Below are positions 1-8,711 of a DNA stretch of 32,000 nucleotides, piece by piece (positions within the stretch are counted from its first letter, which is position 1; the number at the start of each line of letters is the position of its first letter). The DNA comes from Synechocystis sp. PCC 6803 substr. PCC-P. GTDB taxonomy: Bacteria > Cyanobacteriota > Cyanobacteriia > Cyanobacteriales > Microcystaceae. The position numbers and the translations under genes were made by a program. The DNA lies in assembly GCF_000284455.1 (NCBI RefSeq), contig NC_017039.1, forward strand, positions 2,070,001-2,102,000. The letters run 5' to 3'. A model generated the notes under the pieces. It searched no databases. It was not told where the DNA came from and saw only the letters and a list, made by a program, of their open reading frames with translations.

Positions 1-714
1 GCGATCGCCCTTTTGCAATGGCAGGGGCTAAATCTGACGGGGCAATTACTGTGGGCCGGGGGACGCACCATTTTGCAACTGATTGTGGTGGGCTATTTTC
101 TCGCAGTGGTTTTTTCCTTGGATAATCCCTGGGCAGTGTTGCTAGTGTTGGCGATTATGTTAACCATTGCCGCCGTGGTGGCCAGAAATCGCATTAATCC
201 CCGCAGTAAATCCCTGTTTGGTTGGCTATGGCTTTCCTTGGGGGCCAGTACTGCCATCAGTTTGGGTTACGCCCTGGTGGTGATTATCCAGCCGCCCCAA
301 TGGTATTCCCCTCAATATCTCATTCCCCTCACTGGCATGATTCTGGGACAAACCATGAACAGCGCTTCCTTAGCCGGTGAAAGATTAGCCAGTGCCATTC
401 AGCAAAATCCCCGGGAAATTGAAACCCACCTTTGCTTAGGAGCTACCCCCGGCCAGGCGATCGCCAGTTATCGTAGGGCCGCTATCCGAGCCAGTCTGAT
501 TCCCACTGTGAACCAAATGATGGTGGTGGGCTTGGTCAGTTTGCCGGGAATGTTAACCGGGCAAGTGTTAGCTGGGGGTGATCCCCTCAATGCCTCGGTC
601 TATCAAATTTTGATTATGTTCTTAATTTTATTGACCAACACCCTTAGTACCATTGCAGTCACCGCCACGGTTTACCGTCAGTATTTCAATCAACATCAAC
701 AACTTTTAGTGTAA
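1..714 (+). CDS. UPF0014 / FetB(YbbM)-like ABC-type transporter permease, 5'-partial (frame is open to the left window edge)
   Basis: The frame of ORF 13..714 has no stop back to nt 1. The protein is hydrophobic and multi-pass. Its C-terminal half shows GATPGQA...RRA..ASLIP.VN.M.VVGLVSLPGMLTGQVLAG, a pattern I associate with YbbM/FetB permeases. Confidence 0.7.
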   Translation, partial: AIALLQWQGLNLTGQLLWAGGRTILQLIVVGYFLAVVFSLDNPWAVLLVLAIMLTIAAVVARNRINPRSKSLFGWLWLSLGASTAISLGYALVVIIQPPQWYSPQYLIPLTGMILGQTMNSASLAGERLASAIQQNPREIETHLCLGATPGQAIASYRRAAIRASLIPTVNQMMVVGLVSLPGMLTGQVLAGGDPLNASVYQILIMFLILLTNTLSTIAVTATVYRQYFNQHQQLLV

Positions 715-987
715 CCACGAATAGCCAGCTTTTTAAAAGCCCAAACCGGGCATCGAAAAATTAACTATTTTGTCTTTTGATCGGTACTAGGTTTTATCCC
801 CAATTTGGGTCGTCATCATTCAAGGAATCCCCATTGTCCCCTGGGAAATTTTGCTATGATCTGCCTAGCTTTGCAGTCGAAAAACCCCAGTAATGTCTCT
901 ACTTTTGCTGGTGTTCCCCGGAAGCCCAACGTCTGTTAAGGCTGATTTTTCTGCCGTCATTTCCCACACAAATTTTTTCACCCCTCT

Positions 988-2430
988 ATGACCGCTACCC
1001 TCTCCCGGGCCGCTTGGGCCAGCAATTTCAGCCAAAACGCAGTGGAATTTGACCGCACTGGATTGGAGCTGATCTCAGGACAAATTCCGGCGGAATTAAA
1101 GGGGAGTTTGTATCGCAATGGGCCGGGCCGCCTCAGTCGGGGTTCGGAAAAAGTCGGCCATTGGTTTGATGGGGATGGGGCGATTCTGGCGGTGCATTTT
1201 GGCGAAGGGCAAGCCCAAGGACTTTATCGTTACGTGCAAACCCAAGGTTACGCAGAGGAAGAAAAAGCAGGACGTTATCTTTACGGTAACTACGGCATGG
1301 TTGATCCTCAAGGGGTTTGGCATTACTGGAAAAGTTTGTTGACCCAGACCGATGTACTCAAAAATGCTTCTAATACCTCGGTAATGGCTCTGCCCGATCG
1401 CCTATGGACCCTGTGGGAAGCGGGGCATCCCTACGCTTTGGATCTAGAGAATTTAGCTACGTTGGGCACGGAGGATTTTGGCGGGGCTTTTCAACCGGGG
1501 CAACCTTTTTCCGCCCATCCTCTGCGGGATCCGGTCACGGGGGAAATTTTTAGTATTGGGGTGGATTTCCAATTTAACCTCAACCTTTACCGTCTAGACC
1601 GCCAGGGCAACTTGCTCAAGCACCGTCGTTTGAAACTGAGCCGCACTCCCTTCTGCCATAGTTTTTGCATGGCGGGGCGTTATCTGGTCCTGTTTTTACC
1701 CCCTATCACCCTCAATCAATTTTCTTTACTGTTGGGTAATGTGGCCTATGCCGATGCTCTGGGTTGGGATGCCCAAGGGGGAACAAAGATTGTGGTGTTC
1801 GATCGCCAAACGTTGGAAATTGTCAGTAAAGGGGAAACGGAATCCTGGTTCCAATGGCACTACGGCAACGGCTGTGAGTTGGACGATGGCAATGTGCGGC
1901 TCGATTTTGTTCGGTTCAACGATTTCGCCCAAACCAATGAATATTTGCGTGAAGTACCCACCGGAGCGGTGAAAACCTCCACGGATGGTCAACTATGGCA
2001 AGCTATCCTCAATCCCCAAACGGCCAAAATAGTTGAGTTAACCAATGTGCTGAGCCGCAGTGGGGAATTTCCGGTGATTAATCCCCAACGGACTGGGCAA
2101 CCGTGGCGCTATACCTATATGGCTCTGCAACGACCGGCGGAAATCCTTGGTTCCCAATGGTTTGGGGAAATTGCCCGCATTGATTACCACACAGGGGATG
2201 TAACCACAGCTAAGCTAGGAGAGCATCAGTATCCCGTGGAACCCCTTTACATTCCCCACCCGGATGACGGCGGTCGGGGTTGGATTATCACTGTGGTCTA
2301 TGACGGCGATCGCCATGGCAGTGAGGTGTGGCTATGGGATGCGGATCGTTTGCAGGCAGAACCCATTTGTCGTTTAGCTTTACCCCAGGTAATTCCCTTT
2401 AGTTTCCATGGCACTTGGCGATCGGTTTAG
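988..2430 (+). CDS. Carotenoid/apocarotenoid cleavage oxygenase (RPE65 / lignostilbene dioxygenase family)
   Basis: 480-aa ORF with LYRNGPG and HWFDGDG near the N-terminus. Four His residues sit in the typical iron-ligand contexts (SAHP, FCHSF, WFQWHYGN, FSFHGTW). Confidence 0.9.
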   Translation: MTATLSRAAWASNFSQNAVEFDRTGLELISGQIPAELKGSLYRNGPGRLSRGSEKVGHWFDGDGAILAVHFGEGQAQGLYRYVQTQGYAEEEKAGRYLYGNYGMVDPQGVWHYWKSLLTQTDVLKNASNTSVMALPDRLWTLWEAGHPYALDLENLATLGTEDFGGAFQPGQPFSAHPLRDPVTGEIFSIGVDFQFNLNLYRLDRQGNLLKHRRLKLSRTPFCHSFCMAGRYLVLFLPPITLNQFSLLLGNVAYADALGWDAQGGTKIVVFDRQTLEIVSKGETESWFQWHYGNGCELDDGNVRLDFVRFNDFAQTNEYLREVPTGAVKTSTDGQLWQAILNPQTAKIVELTNVLSRSGEFPVINPQRTGQPWRYTYMALQRPAEILGSQWFGEIARIDYHTGDVTTAKLGEHQYPVEPLYIPHPDDGGRGWIITVVYDGDRHGSEVWLWDADRLQAEPICRLALPQVIPFSFHGTWRSV

Positions 2431-2520
2431 GAAAATTTTCCGTCAGCATAGTCAATTAAGGGCAACTTTCCTGGTCAAGGGACACAGTTACAATGGAGCA
2501 AAATCTCAATGGAGAGCTGA

Positions 2521-2784
2521 ATGAAAGCAATTACAACCACCCAAGCCAAAGATCATTTGGATGAATTAATTAATGCTGTCATTTCTGATCTAGAACCAAC
2601 CATCGTTAGCAACAATCAAGGTCAGCAGGCGGTATTAATATCATTGGATGAATTTAATTCTTGGCAAGAAACCCTTTACTTACTCTCTAATCCAACCAAC
2701 GCAGAACATTTAATGGCATCGATTAAGCAAGCTGAAACTGGACAGATCATTAAGCAAAAATTACCAGATTTATTGGAACTGTGA
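2521..2784 (+). CDS. yefM: Type II antitoxin, Phd/YefM family
   Basis: 87 aa with a YefM-like N-terminus (ITTTQAKDHLDELINAV) and the ETLYLLSNPTNAEHL motif. GGAG lies upstream of the ATG. The stop overlaps the GTG start of the downstream toxin (GTGA). Confidence 0.85.
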   Translation: MKAITTTQAKDHLDELINAVISDLEPTIVSNNQGQQAVLISLDEFNSWQETLYLLSNPTNAEHLMASIKQAETGQIIKQKLPDLLEL

Positions 2785-3041
2785 AAATCGCCTTTACCGA
2801 GCTATCTTGGCATGATTACCTCTGGTTTCAGCAAAATGATAAAAAACTTCTCAAAAGAATTAATTTACTCATTAAGGCAATTGCCAGGGATCCTTTTGAT
2901 GGTATAGGAAAACCAGAACCACTCAAAGCAAATCTTTCCGGTTACTGGTCGAGGCGCATCAATTCTGAGCATCGTTTGGTGTACACGATTGCTGATCGAG
3001 ATTTACTAATTATTTCCTGCCGATTCCATTATCAAAGGTAA
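2781..3041 (+). CDS. yoeB: Type II toxin, YoeB/Txe family mRNA interferase
   Basis: 86 aa with W.DYL.WQ..DKK..KRIN.LI near the N-terminus and the C-terminal RINSEHRLVY...CRFHY catalytic His-Tyr context. It has a 4-nt overlap with the antitoxin. Confidence 0.85.
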   Translation: MKIAFTELSWHDYLWFQQNDKKLLKRINLLIKAIARDPFDGIGKPEPLKANLSGYWSRRINSEHRLVYTIADRDLLIISCRFHYQR

Positions 3042-3207
3042 AACCACGCTTCGTACAGAGTTTTTAATGAATACTTGGCGTCAACTAATGCGGTAAAATT
3101 ACCTGAAACAAGATATTAGATGCCTTGAGAAGGCTTCCAATGTATTTTGTCTTTACTTAGACATTTTTTAAAAACCTTTTAAAGCAGTCATTATTCAATA
3201 ACTATTT

Positions 3208-3798
3208 ATGTCCCATTCCACTGATCTTTCCGCCCTAGCCCGTTGGATGGCCGCCGATTTTAGCAACCAGGCCCAAGCCTTTGAAAATCCCCCTTTTTAT
3301 GCCCATATCCGGGTGGCCATTCGTCCCCTCGACCAAGCAAAGTTTGGCGATCGCCTTTTATTTTTAGAACAGGCCTACGACTTTATGTTGCAGAGGCCCT
3401 ATCGCCTACGGGTGCTGAAATTAAAGGTGGTGGAAGATCATATTGAAATTGAAAACTTTAAAGTCAAAGATGAGGAAAAATTCTATGGTGCGGCCAGGGA
3501 TTTGGGCAAACTAGCTCAACTAACCCCCGCTGATCTCGAACCCATGCATGGCTGTGACATGATTGTGGAATGGACCGGCACTAGCTTTAAAGGGGAAGTG
3601 CAACCGGGACGGCAATGCCGAGTGATGCGGGACGGCAAGGAAACCTATCTGGAAAATAGTTTTGAAGTGAGCGAAACGGGATTAATTAGCCTCGACCGTG
3701 GTTACGATCCAGAAACCAACGAACGGGTTTGGGGCTCCGTGGCCGGTGCTTTTCATTTTGTCCGGTGGCAGAGTTTCGCCGATGAAGTTAGTTTTTAG
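3208..3798 (+). CDS. cpcT: CpcT/CpeT-family phycobiliprotein bilin lyase
   Basis: 196 aa. The N-terminal LARWMAADFSNQAQAFENPPFYAHIRV pattern is typical of CpcT lyases. Length fits the family. Confidence 0.85.
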   Translation: MSHSTDLSALARWMAADFSNQAQAFENPPFYAHIRVAIRPLDQAKFGDRLLFLEQAYDFMLQRPYRLRVLKLKVVEDHIEIENFKVKDEEKFYGAARDLGKLAQLTPADLEPMHGCDMIVEWTGTSFKGEVQPGRQCRVMRDGKETYLENSFEVSETGLISLDRGYDPETNERVWGSVAGAFHFVRWQSFADEVSF

Positions 3799-4334
3799 CC
3801 AGCCTCGACTTTGTTGTTTCCCGGAGGAAACAGGTAGATTGCCCCGGAAATGAGCGTTAAAACCACTGCTATCCAGAAGATGACCGTGCCAATTTGGCCA
3901 TAAATTTCTGGCAACGGTGCTAACAACAAGGCGATCGCCGTGATTTGGGTAACGGTTTTTACTTTGCCCCAGAGATTGGCCCCGGCAATTTCTGTTTGAC
4001 TGGCAAGCTGGGGATTAACCCGCCAACCGGCGATGACTAACTCTCTGGCCAAAATTAAACCCACTGCCCAGGGGGGAACTACCTGCCAAGTTAACAAAAT
4101 TAATAACGGGGCTAATACCAGTAATTTATCCACCAACGGATCAAGGAATTTGCCCAACTCCGTCACCTGATTTAACCGGCGGGCTAGGTAACCATCCAAC
4201 CAGTCAGTGCTGGCGGCCAGCAAAAAAATCCCCACTCCCCACCAACGGGTTTCGGCTTCTGGAGTCGGTAGCCAAAGAAATAGCAGGGGTAAAGCCAATA
4301 AACGGGAAACAGTTACCCAGTTGGGTATATTCAT
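3795..4334 (-). CDS. pgsA: CDP-diacylglycerol--glycerol-3-phosphate 3-phosphatidyltransferase
   Basis: 179-aa membrane protein with the CDP-alcohol phosphatidyltransferase motif DWLDGYLARRLNQVTELGKFLDPLVDK. Confidence 0.85.
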   Translation of the reverse strand: MNIPNWVTVSRLLALPLLFLWLPTPEAETRWWGVGIFLLAASTDWLDGYLARRLNQVTELGKFLDPLVDKLLVLAPLLILLTWQVVPPWAVGLILARELVIAGWRVNPQLASQTEIAGANLWGKVKTVTQITAIALLLAPLPEIYGQIGTVIFWIAVVLTLISGAIYLFPPGNNKVEAG

Positions 4335-4373
4335 CGAGAAAACGGTGTATTAGGACTAAATTTGCGCATTGAA

Positions 4374-6095
4374 CTAATAATGATCGCCAGATTTCCGGTG
4401 ATGCACCGCCGTTACCCCATCTTTGAGTAGGGCACCCCGGTCAGTCACGGCGTAAAGAACCCAATGGTCACCGCACTCCAGCCGTTGTTGTACCCGACAT
4501 TCCAAATAAGCCAGGGATTCCGTCAAAATTGGTGCGCCATTTTCCGCCGTTTCCGTGGCCACGTCTGCAAACCGATCGCCGCCGGGGGCAAAGGGTTTGA
4601 GAAAATGTTTCATCAGTCCCAGATGGTTGCCTTCCTGCAAAATATTCAACACAAAGCAACTGTTTTTGTGTAGCAAAGATTCGATCGCCCTTTCTTTGGC
4701 AACGGCAACGGTCAAACCAGGGGGGGAAAAGGTAGCTTGGGAAACCCAGGAAGCTAACATGGCACTGCTCAATTCCCCTTGCTGGGCGGTAACCACACAG
4801 AGGGAACCCACTAAACGGCCTAACGCTTGTTCGGTGCGGGCAGATTCCGACTCCGGCAGAGCAGATTTAGGTTGACGGCGTTTTTCTGCCTTTTTCAGAG
4901 CTTGGGCAAAATCCGTACCGGCCTCTTCGCACATTTTCAAAGTTTGGTCGGTGGGCTTAAATTTCACCCGGATGGTGTCAAAGCCAAAGCTAAAGCCCGC
5001 ATCCCGAAATTTGTTTTCCAGCATATCGATCGCCTCTCCACTCCAACCGAAGGAACCAAACACGCCGCACAGTTGGGTTTTGGACGCATTGGCCAGGGTG
5101 ATGCCCAGGGCCGTTTGAATGGGGGTGGGGGCATGGCCGCCCAGAGTAGGGGAACCAAAAATAAAGCCAGCGGATTTACCGATCGCCTCCTTAATTTCCT
5201 CTGCGTTGCTAGTTTCCGCATTGATGGCCGTTACCGCTACCCCAGCTTTAGTAATGCCTCTGGCGATCGCCTGGGCCAGGGTGCTGGTATTACCGTAGGC
5301 AGAAGCGTAAATTAAGGCCACGTTCAAAGCTTGGGCCTGTTGTTCACTGAGCCATTGCTGATAGTTACGGGTCAACTCCCGCAAACCGTAGCGCACCAGG
5401 GGGCCATGGCTGGGGGCATAGGTCTGGGCTGGATAGGCTTCTAACTTATTCAGGGCGGCACTAACCTGGGCGGCGGCGGGGGCCAACAGACAATCAAAGT
5501 AATAGCGGCGGTCTTCTTGGTAAATAGTCCAACCTTCATCGAACACTTGGTCACCACAAACGTGGGCCCCGAACAGTTTATCGGTGAATAAAATTTCGGT
5601 GCGGGGATCGTAGGTGCAGAGTTGCCCTGGGTACCGGGGGCTAGGGGTGGGGATAAAGGTCAATTCATGGCCCCGGCCCAAATCCAGGTGGTCATTACCT
5701 TTCATCACTTGGATAGGATTATTGACTTCAGCATCCGCCAGCAATTTTTCTAAATTTTGAGCGGCGGGGTTAGAGCAGATAATGGTTGCCTGGGGAGCTA
5801 GGCTCAACAAAAGCTTCAGGGTATGGGCCCGGTTGGCGTTGACGTGGCCCAAAATGACGTAATCCAGGCTGTTGAGGTCTAACCGTTGAATTAGGGTGCC
5901 GACAAAATTATCGGTGAAGGATTCCCCCGGCGGGTCAAAGAGGGCAATCTTATCAGCACTGATCAGGTAACTATTGGCAGTGGTGCCCCGTTGCAAACCA
6001 TACTCAATTTCAAACTTCAACCTGTCCCAGGTGCGGGAGCGAAACACAGTGGTGTCAACGGCGATCGGGCAGATTTGAACGTCTTTGGCAGGCAT
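4374..6095 (-). CDS. flv1: Flavodiiron protein, A-type (Flv1-like), with C-terminal flavin reductase domain
   Basis: Three-domain order: metallo-beta-lactamase-like, flavodoxin-like (ALIYASAYGNT) and a C-terminal flavin-reductase-like domain. I place the start at the internal ATG (MPAKDVQICPI..., 6095), not the ORF-track start at 6167. The diiron motif is non-canonical (H-V-N-A-N-R), as known for Flv1/FlvA types. Confidence 0.85.
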   Translation of the reverse strand: MPAKDVQICPIAVDTTVFRSRTWDRLKFEIEYGLQRGTTANSYLISADKIALFDPPGESFTDNFVGTLIQRLDLNSLDYVILGHVNANRAHTLKLLLSLAPQATIICSNPAAQNLEKLLADAEVNNPIQVMKGNDHLDLGRGHELTFIPTPSPRYPGQLCTYDPRTEILFTDKLFGAHVCGDQVFDEGWTIYQEDRRYYFDCLLAPAAAQVSAALNKLEAYPAQTYAPSHGPLVRYGLRELTRNYQQWLSEQQAQALNVALIYASAYGNTSTLAQAIARGITKAGVAVTAINAETSNAEEIKEAIGKSAGFIFGSPTLGGHAPTPIQTALGITLANASKTQLCGVFGSFGWSGEAIDMLENKFRDAGFSFGFDTIRVKFKPTDQTLKMCEEAGTDFAQALKKAEKRRQPKSALPESESARTEQALGRLVGSLCVVTAQQGELSSAMLASWVSQATFSPPGLTVAVAKERAIESLLHKNSCFVLNILQEGNHLGLMKHFLKPFAPGGDRFADVATETAENGAPILTESLAYLECRVQQRLECGDHWVLYAVTDRGALLKDGVTAVHHRKSGDHY

Positions 6096-6192
6096 GGTGA
6101 GGGGAGGGAAAAGACAACTGACCAACAACGGTAGTTGGACTGTCTCCAGTTTTGCATGGATTCCCACTGTTAACTAACCCTGCGGCTCGGGA

Positions 6193-7947
6193 TTAAACTT
6201 GGGAGGCTTGGCGACGGGCGGCGGATTTTTCCAATAAAGATTGGGCAAAGGCTAACGCTTCTTTGGCGGAATGGCCCCCGGTGAGTTGGGCTAATTCCTG
6301 TTGGCGATCGCCGTCGGATTGGAGGGGAGTAATGCGAATAACGGTGCGTAAATCTTCGTCAAGCTGGGGATTGGTGGGATCGGCAATATTTTCATTAATG
6401 ACCACTTTGTCCACATGGAAATGGGCATCGGCCAGGGCCGCCACCAAAGGTTGATGGGTGACACAGAGCAGTTGTTGGCGCTGACTGAGTTGGGCTAGCT
6501 TGTCGGCGATCGCCTGGGCTACTTTGCCGGATACTCCCACGTCGATTTCATCAAAAATTAAGGTTTGGCTGGGGGGAGCCAGTTCACTAAAACAGGCTTT
6601 GAGGGCCAGGAGGAATCGGCTCATTTCCCCACCGGAGGCAGTGGCGGCCAAGGGTTGAATTTTTTCCCCGGTGTTGGGGCTGAAATAAAACACCACCTGT
6701 TCTGCGCCGAAACTACTGGGGGCACTGGACTCCAATTGGCAAACAAAAATTACCTTTTCCATGGCCAGGGGCTTGAGTTCTTGTACCAACCTTTTTTCTA
6801 GTTTTTGCGCCGTTTTTTGGCGAATTAAAGTTAACTGACCACAATGTTTAATTAATTCTTGCTCTGCCTTGGTCAAAGATTCCTGCAACTGGGCGAGGGA
6901 TTGTTCTCCATCCGTCAACTGGTCATATTCAGCTTGGATTTTTTCTTGGTAGGCAATCGCTTCGGTTAAGCTAGGGCCATATTTACGACAAATCCTTTTC
7001 AGCACCTGCAATCTTGCTTCCACTTCCCCTAACCGCTCTGGATCAGCTTCCAAATTATCTCCATAGCGTTGCACTTGCCGTCCTGCTTCAATTACTTGGG
7101 TTAAAGCTGTTTGTACCAGTTCCAATAAGGGATTAAGGCTACTGTCAAATTCCGCCATGGTTTGCAACTGTCCTTCCGCATCCCCCAACAAATCGGCGAT
7201 CGCCGGGGTATCCCGTTCACTTTGGTACAAAAGCTGGGTGGCTTGATAGCTTAACTGTTGTAGTTCCACCACATGGGAAAGTTTTTCCTGTTCTTGGATT
7301 AACAATTCCCATTCATCGCCATCGGTTAATTCTGCTTCGGTCAATTCCTGTAACTGATAGGTTAAAAAATCCAGCCGTTGTAAACGATTTTGTTCCGATT
7401 GTTGCCTGGCTGTTAAAGCTTGTTTGGCTTGGGTAAATTCTTTATAAGTTATTTCCACCGCTTGACGTTTTTCTAATAAGTTTTGCCCGCCAAATAAATC
7501 CAGTAGTTGCCGTTGTTGCCCCGGATCTAATAGTTGTTGAGTTTGGCCCTGGGCTGTAATTTCCACCAATTGGCTCCGCAATTCTGCCAAAATTTGGCGA
7601 TTTACCAACACTCCATTCAGGCGGGAACGGGAATTTAATGAGCTTCCTTTTTTGCTAAATTCCCTCGTGCAGGCAATGGTGTTGTCTTCCAATGGTTCAA
7701 TGGCTTGGGTTGCTAACCAATCATTAAGCTCGGTACTGGTGGAAAAAATTCCTTCAATCACACCGCTGGAACACCCCTGGCGCAAAACCCTCGCTCCGGC
7801 CTTTCCTCCTAGTAATAAATCAATCGCATCAAGCAAAATTGATTTCCCGGCGCCGGTTTCCCCCGTCAATACATTCAAGCCTTGCCCAAAGTTAATTTCT
7901 AAGCAATCAATCAAAGCAAAGTTATTGATCCGCAGGGATAGTAGCAT
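6193..7947 (-). CDS. recN: DNA repair protein RecN
   Basis: 584 aa with N-terminal Walker A GETGAGKS, a long central coiled coil, the ABC/SMC signature ASGGEMSRF and Walker B LIFDEIDVG. Confidence 0.92.
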   Translation of the reverse strand: MLLSLRINNFALIDCLEINFGQGLNVLTGETGAGKSILLDAIDLLLGGKAGARVLRQGCSSGVIEGIFSTSTELNDWLATQAIEPLEDNTIACTREFSKKGSSLNSRSRLNGVLVNRQILAELRSQLVEITAQGQTQQLLDPGQQRQLLDLFGGQNLLEKRQAVEITYKEFTQAKQALTARQQSEQNRLQRLDFLTYQLQELTEAELTDGDEWELLIQEQEKLSHVVELQQLSYQATQLLYQSERDTPAIADLLGDAEGQLQTMAEFDSSLNPLLELVQTALTQVIEAGRQVQRYGDNLEADPERLGEVEARLQVLKRICRKYGPSLTEAIAYQEKIQAEYDQLTDGEQSLAQLQESLTKAEQELIKHCGQLTLIRQKTAQKLEKRLVQELKPLAMEKVIFVCQLESSAPSSFGAEQVVFYFSPNTGEKIQPLAATASGGEMSRFLLALKACFSELAPPSQTLIFDEIDVGVSGKVAQAIADKLAQLSQRQQLLCVTHQPLVAALADAHFHVDKVVINENIADPTNPQLDEDLRTVIRITPLQSDGDRQQELAQLTGGHSAKEALAFAQSLLEKSAARRQASQV

Positions 7948-8113
7948 GAAAAATTAGCCAATAATTTGAACGTTATGCTATGGGAAACTGTCGTTACGAT
8001 AACTAAGTCTAGAATATAAGTGCAAAATAAAGTACGTCAGCCTTTCATACCCGATTCGGCATGGATTTTGATTTTACCGATGTCCGCCCCGATAAGTCCA
8101 TTAAATAACCTTA

Positions 8114-8202
8114 TAAGAGCCTGTTCGAAAAGCTCCCCTAACCTCCCAAATTTGGGGGGAAACTGAATGAAAGTCCCCCAGTATTGGGGGATTTAGGGGG
8201 CG
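8114..8202. repeat. Small nested-palindrome dispersed repeat (MITE-like); a related copy lies at 30439-30555
   Basis: TAAGAGCCTGTTCG... is followed by CCCCTAA...CCCAAATTTGGG...CCCCCAGTATTGGGGG...TTAGGGG, giving nested inverted repeats. The 5' part (TAAGAGCCTGTT.G...AGCT..CCCTAA) recurs at 30439. Confidence 0.5.
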
Positions 8203-8359
8203 GAATAAAACTTTCCAAACATGTTCTGAAAAGTTTTTAAATTTGCTTGCTGTCCACTGATGTGGGGGCAGGGCAGGGCAGTAATTTACTTGGGCGAATT
8301 GATGGTTGGTCCTGTGATTGAACGGAAGATTCTTTTCGAGTTTAGTTACCAATTGGTTT

Positions 8360-8386
8360 ATGCCCCAGCAGGGCATTTTTGATTTT
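8360..8386 (+). terminator. Hairpin plus T-run (possible intrinsic terminator, + strand)
   Basis: ATGCCC-CAGCA-GGGCAT is followed by TTTTTGATTTT. No annotated + strand gene lies upstream. Confidence 0.3.
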
Positions 8387-8508
8387 GCCTAACTCCTTGA
8401 CTAGTAATGGTTTTGGGCTTTTAGCCAGATTTATCTCTAACTCCTCTGCTACTTTTTTGATTCTGTCTGGGTAGGTTAGGCTTAGGGTTTAATGAATGGT
8501 TGGAGGGC

Positions 8509-8524
8509 TGTGATCCAGATCACA
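8509..8524 (+). promoter_or_regulatory. Perfect CRP-family (SYCRP1-type) binding palindrome TGTGA-N6-TCACA
   Basis: TGTGATCCAGATCACA was read directly. Its centre at 8516.5 is 41.5 bp upstream of a start predicted from the TAAAAT -10-like hexamer at 8546-8551. The site lies ~190 bp upstream of the ATG at 8712. Confidence 0.6.
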
Positions 8525-8711
8525 TACGTGGGTTAACCGGGATAATAAAATACAGTTTGGTGAAATGAAGGGTGGTGGTAGAGAGTTGACCCAGCTTCAA
8601 ACAAGAACCAAAGTTCAGTGTTCCTAATGTAATTCGTTTGTTTTTATTTTCTTTTATTGATTGCTTTCCTATCTCGCTCACTTTATTTTTACTCACAGTT
8701 GAAGATCAATT

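Noticed and set aside
3795-3798. Convergent genes sharing or abutting stop codons (cpcT/pgsA here, radA/pentapeptide at 29804-29807, aroA/radical SAM 2 bp apart at 17850-17853)
   Set aside because: This is real but commonplace compact gene packing, with no evidence of regulatory significance.
4464-5315. Several 60-160 aa ORFs antisense to or overlapping flv1 (4464-4673, 4468-4659, 4555-4875, 4827-5315, 4964-5221)
   Set aside because: All lie inside a well-supported 573-aa CDS. Their products are Arg/Gly/Ala-rich, as is typical of off-frame translation of GC-rich coding DNA.
7948-8100. Search for a LexA/SOS box in the recN promoter region
   Set aside because: GAACGTTATGCT and AGTACGTCAGCC resemble half-sites only. 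I found no full cyanobacterial LexA-type palindrome that I could defend.
8101-8376. 91-aa minus-strand ORF in the recN / pilin-like spacer
   Set aside because: It runs straight through the nested-palindrome repeat, and its PLNPPILGDF and WEVRGAF peptides are translations of the GGGG/CCCC hairpins. It has no ribosome-binding site and no recognisable fold, so it is probably not coding.
8470-8490. TTAGG/TTAGGG-like reiteration (GGTAGGTTAGGCTTAGGGTTT), with CCTAAC motifs ~85 bp upstream
   Set aside because: It has only three short imperfect units and one 7/8 inverted match, which is too short to separate from chance in a repeat-rich spacer.
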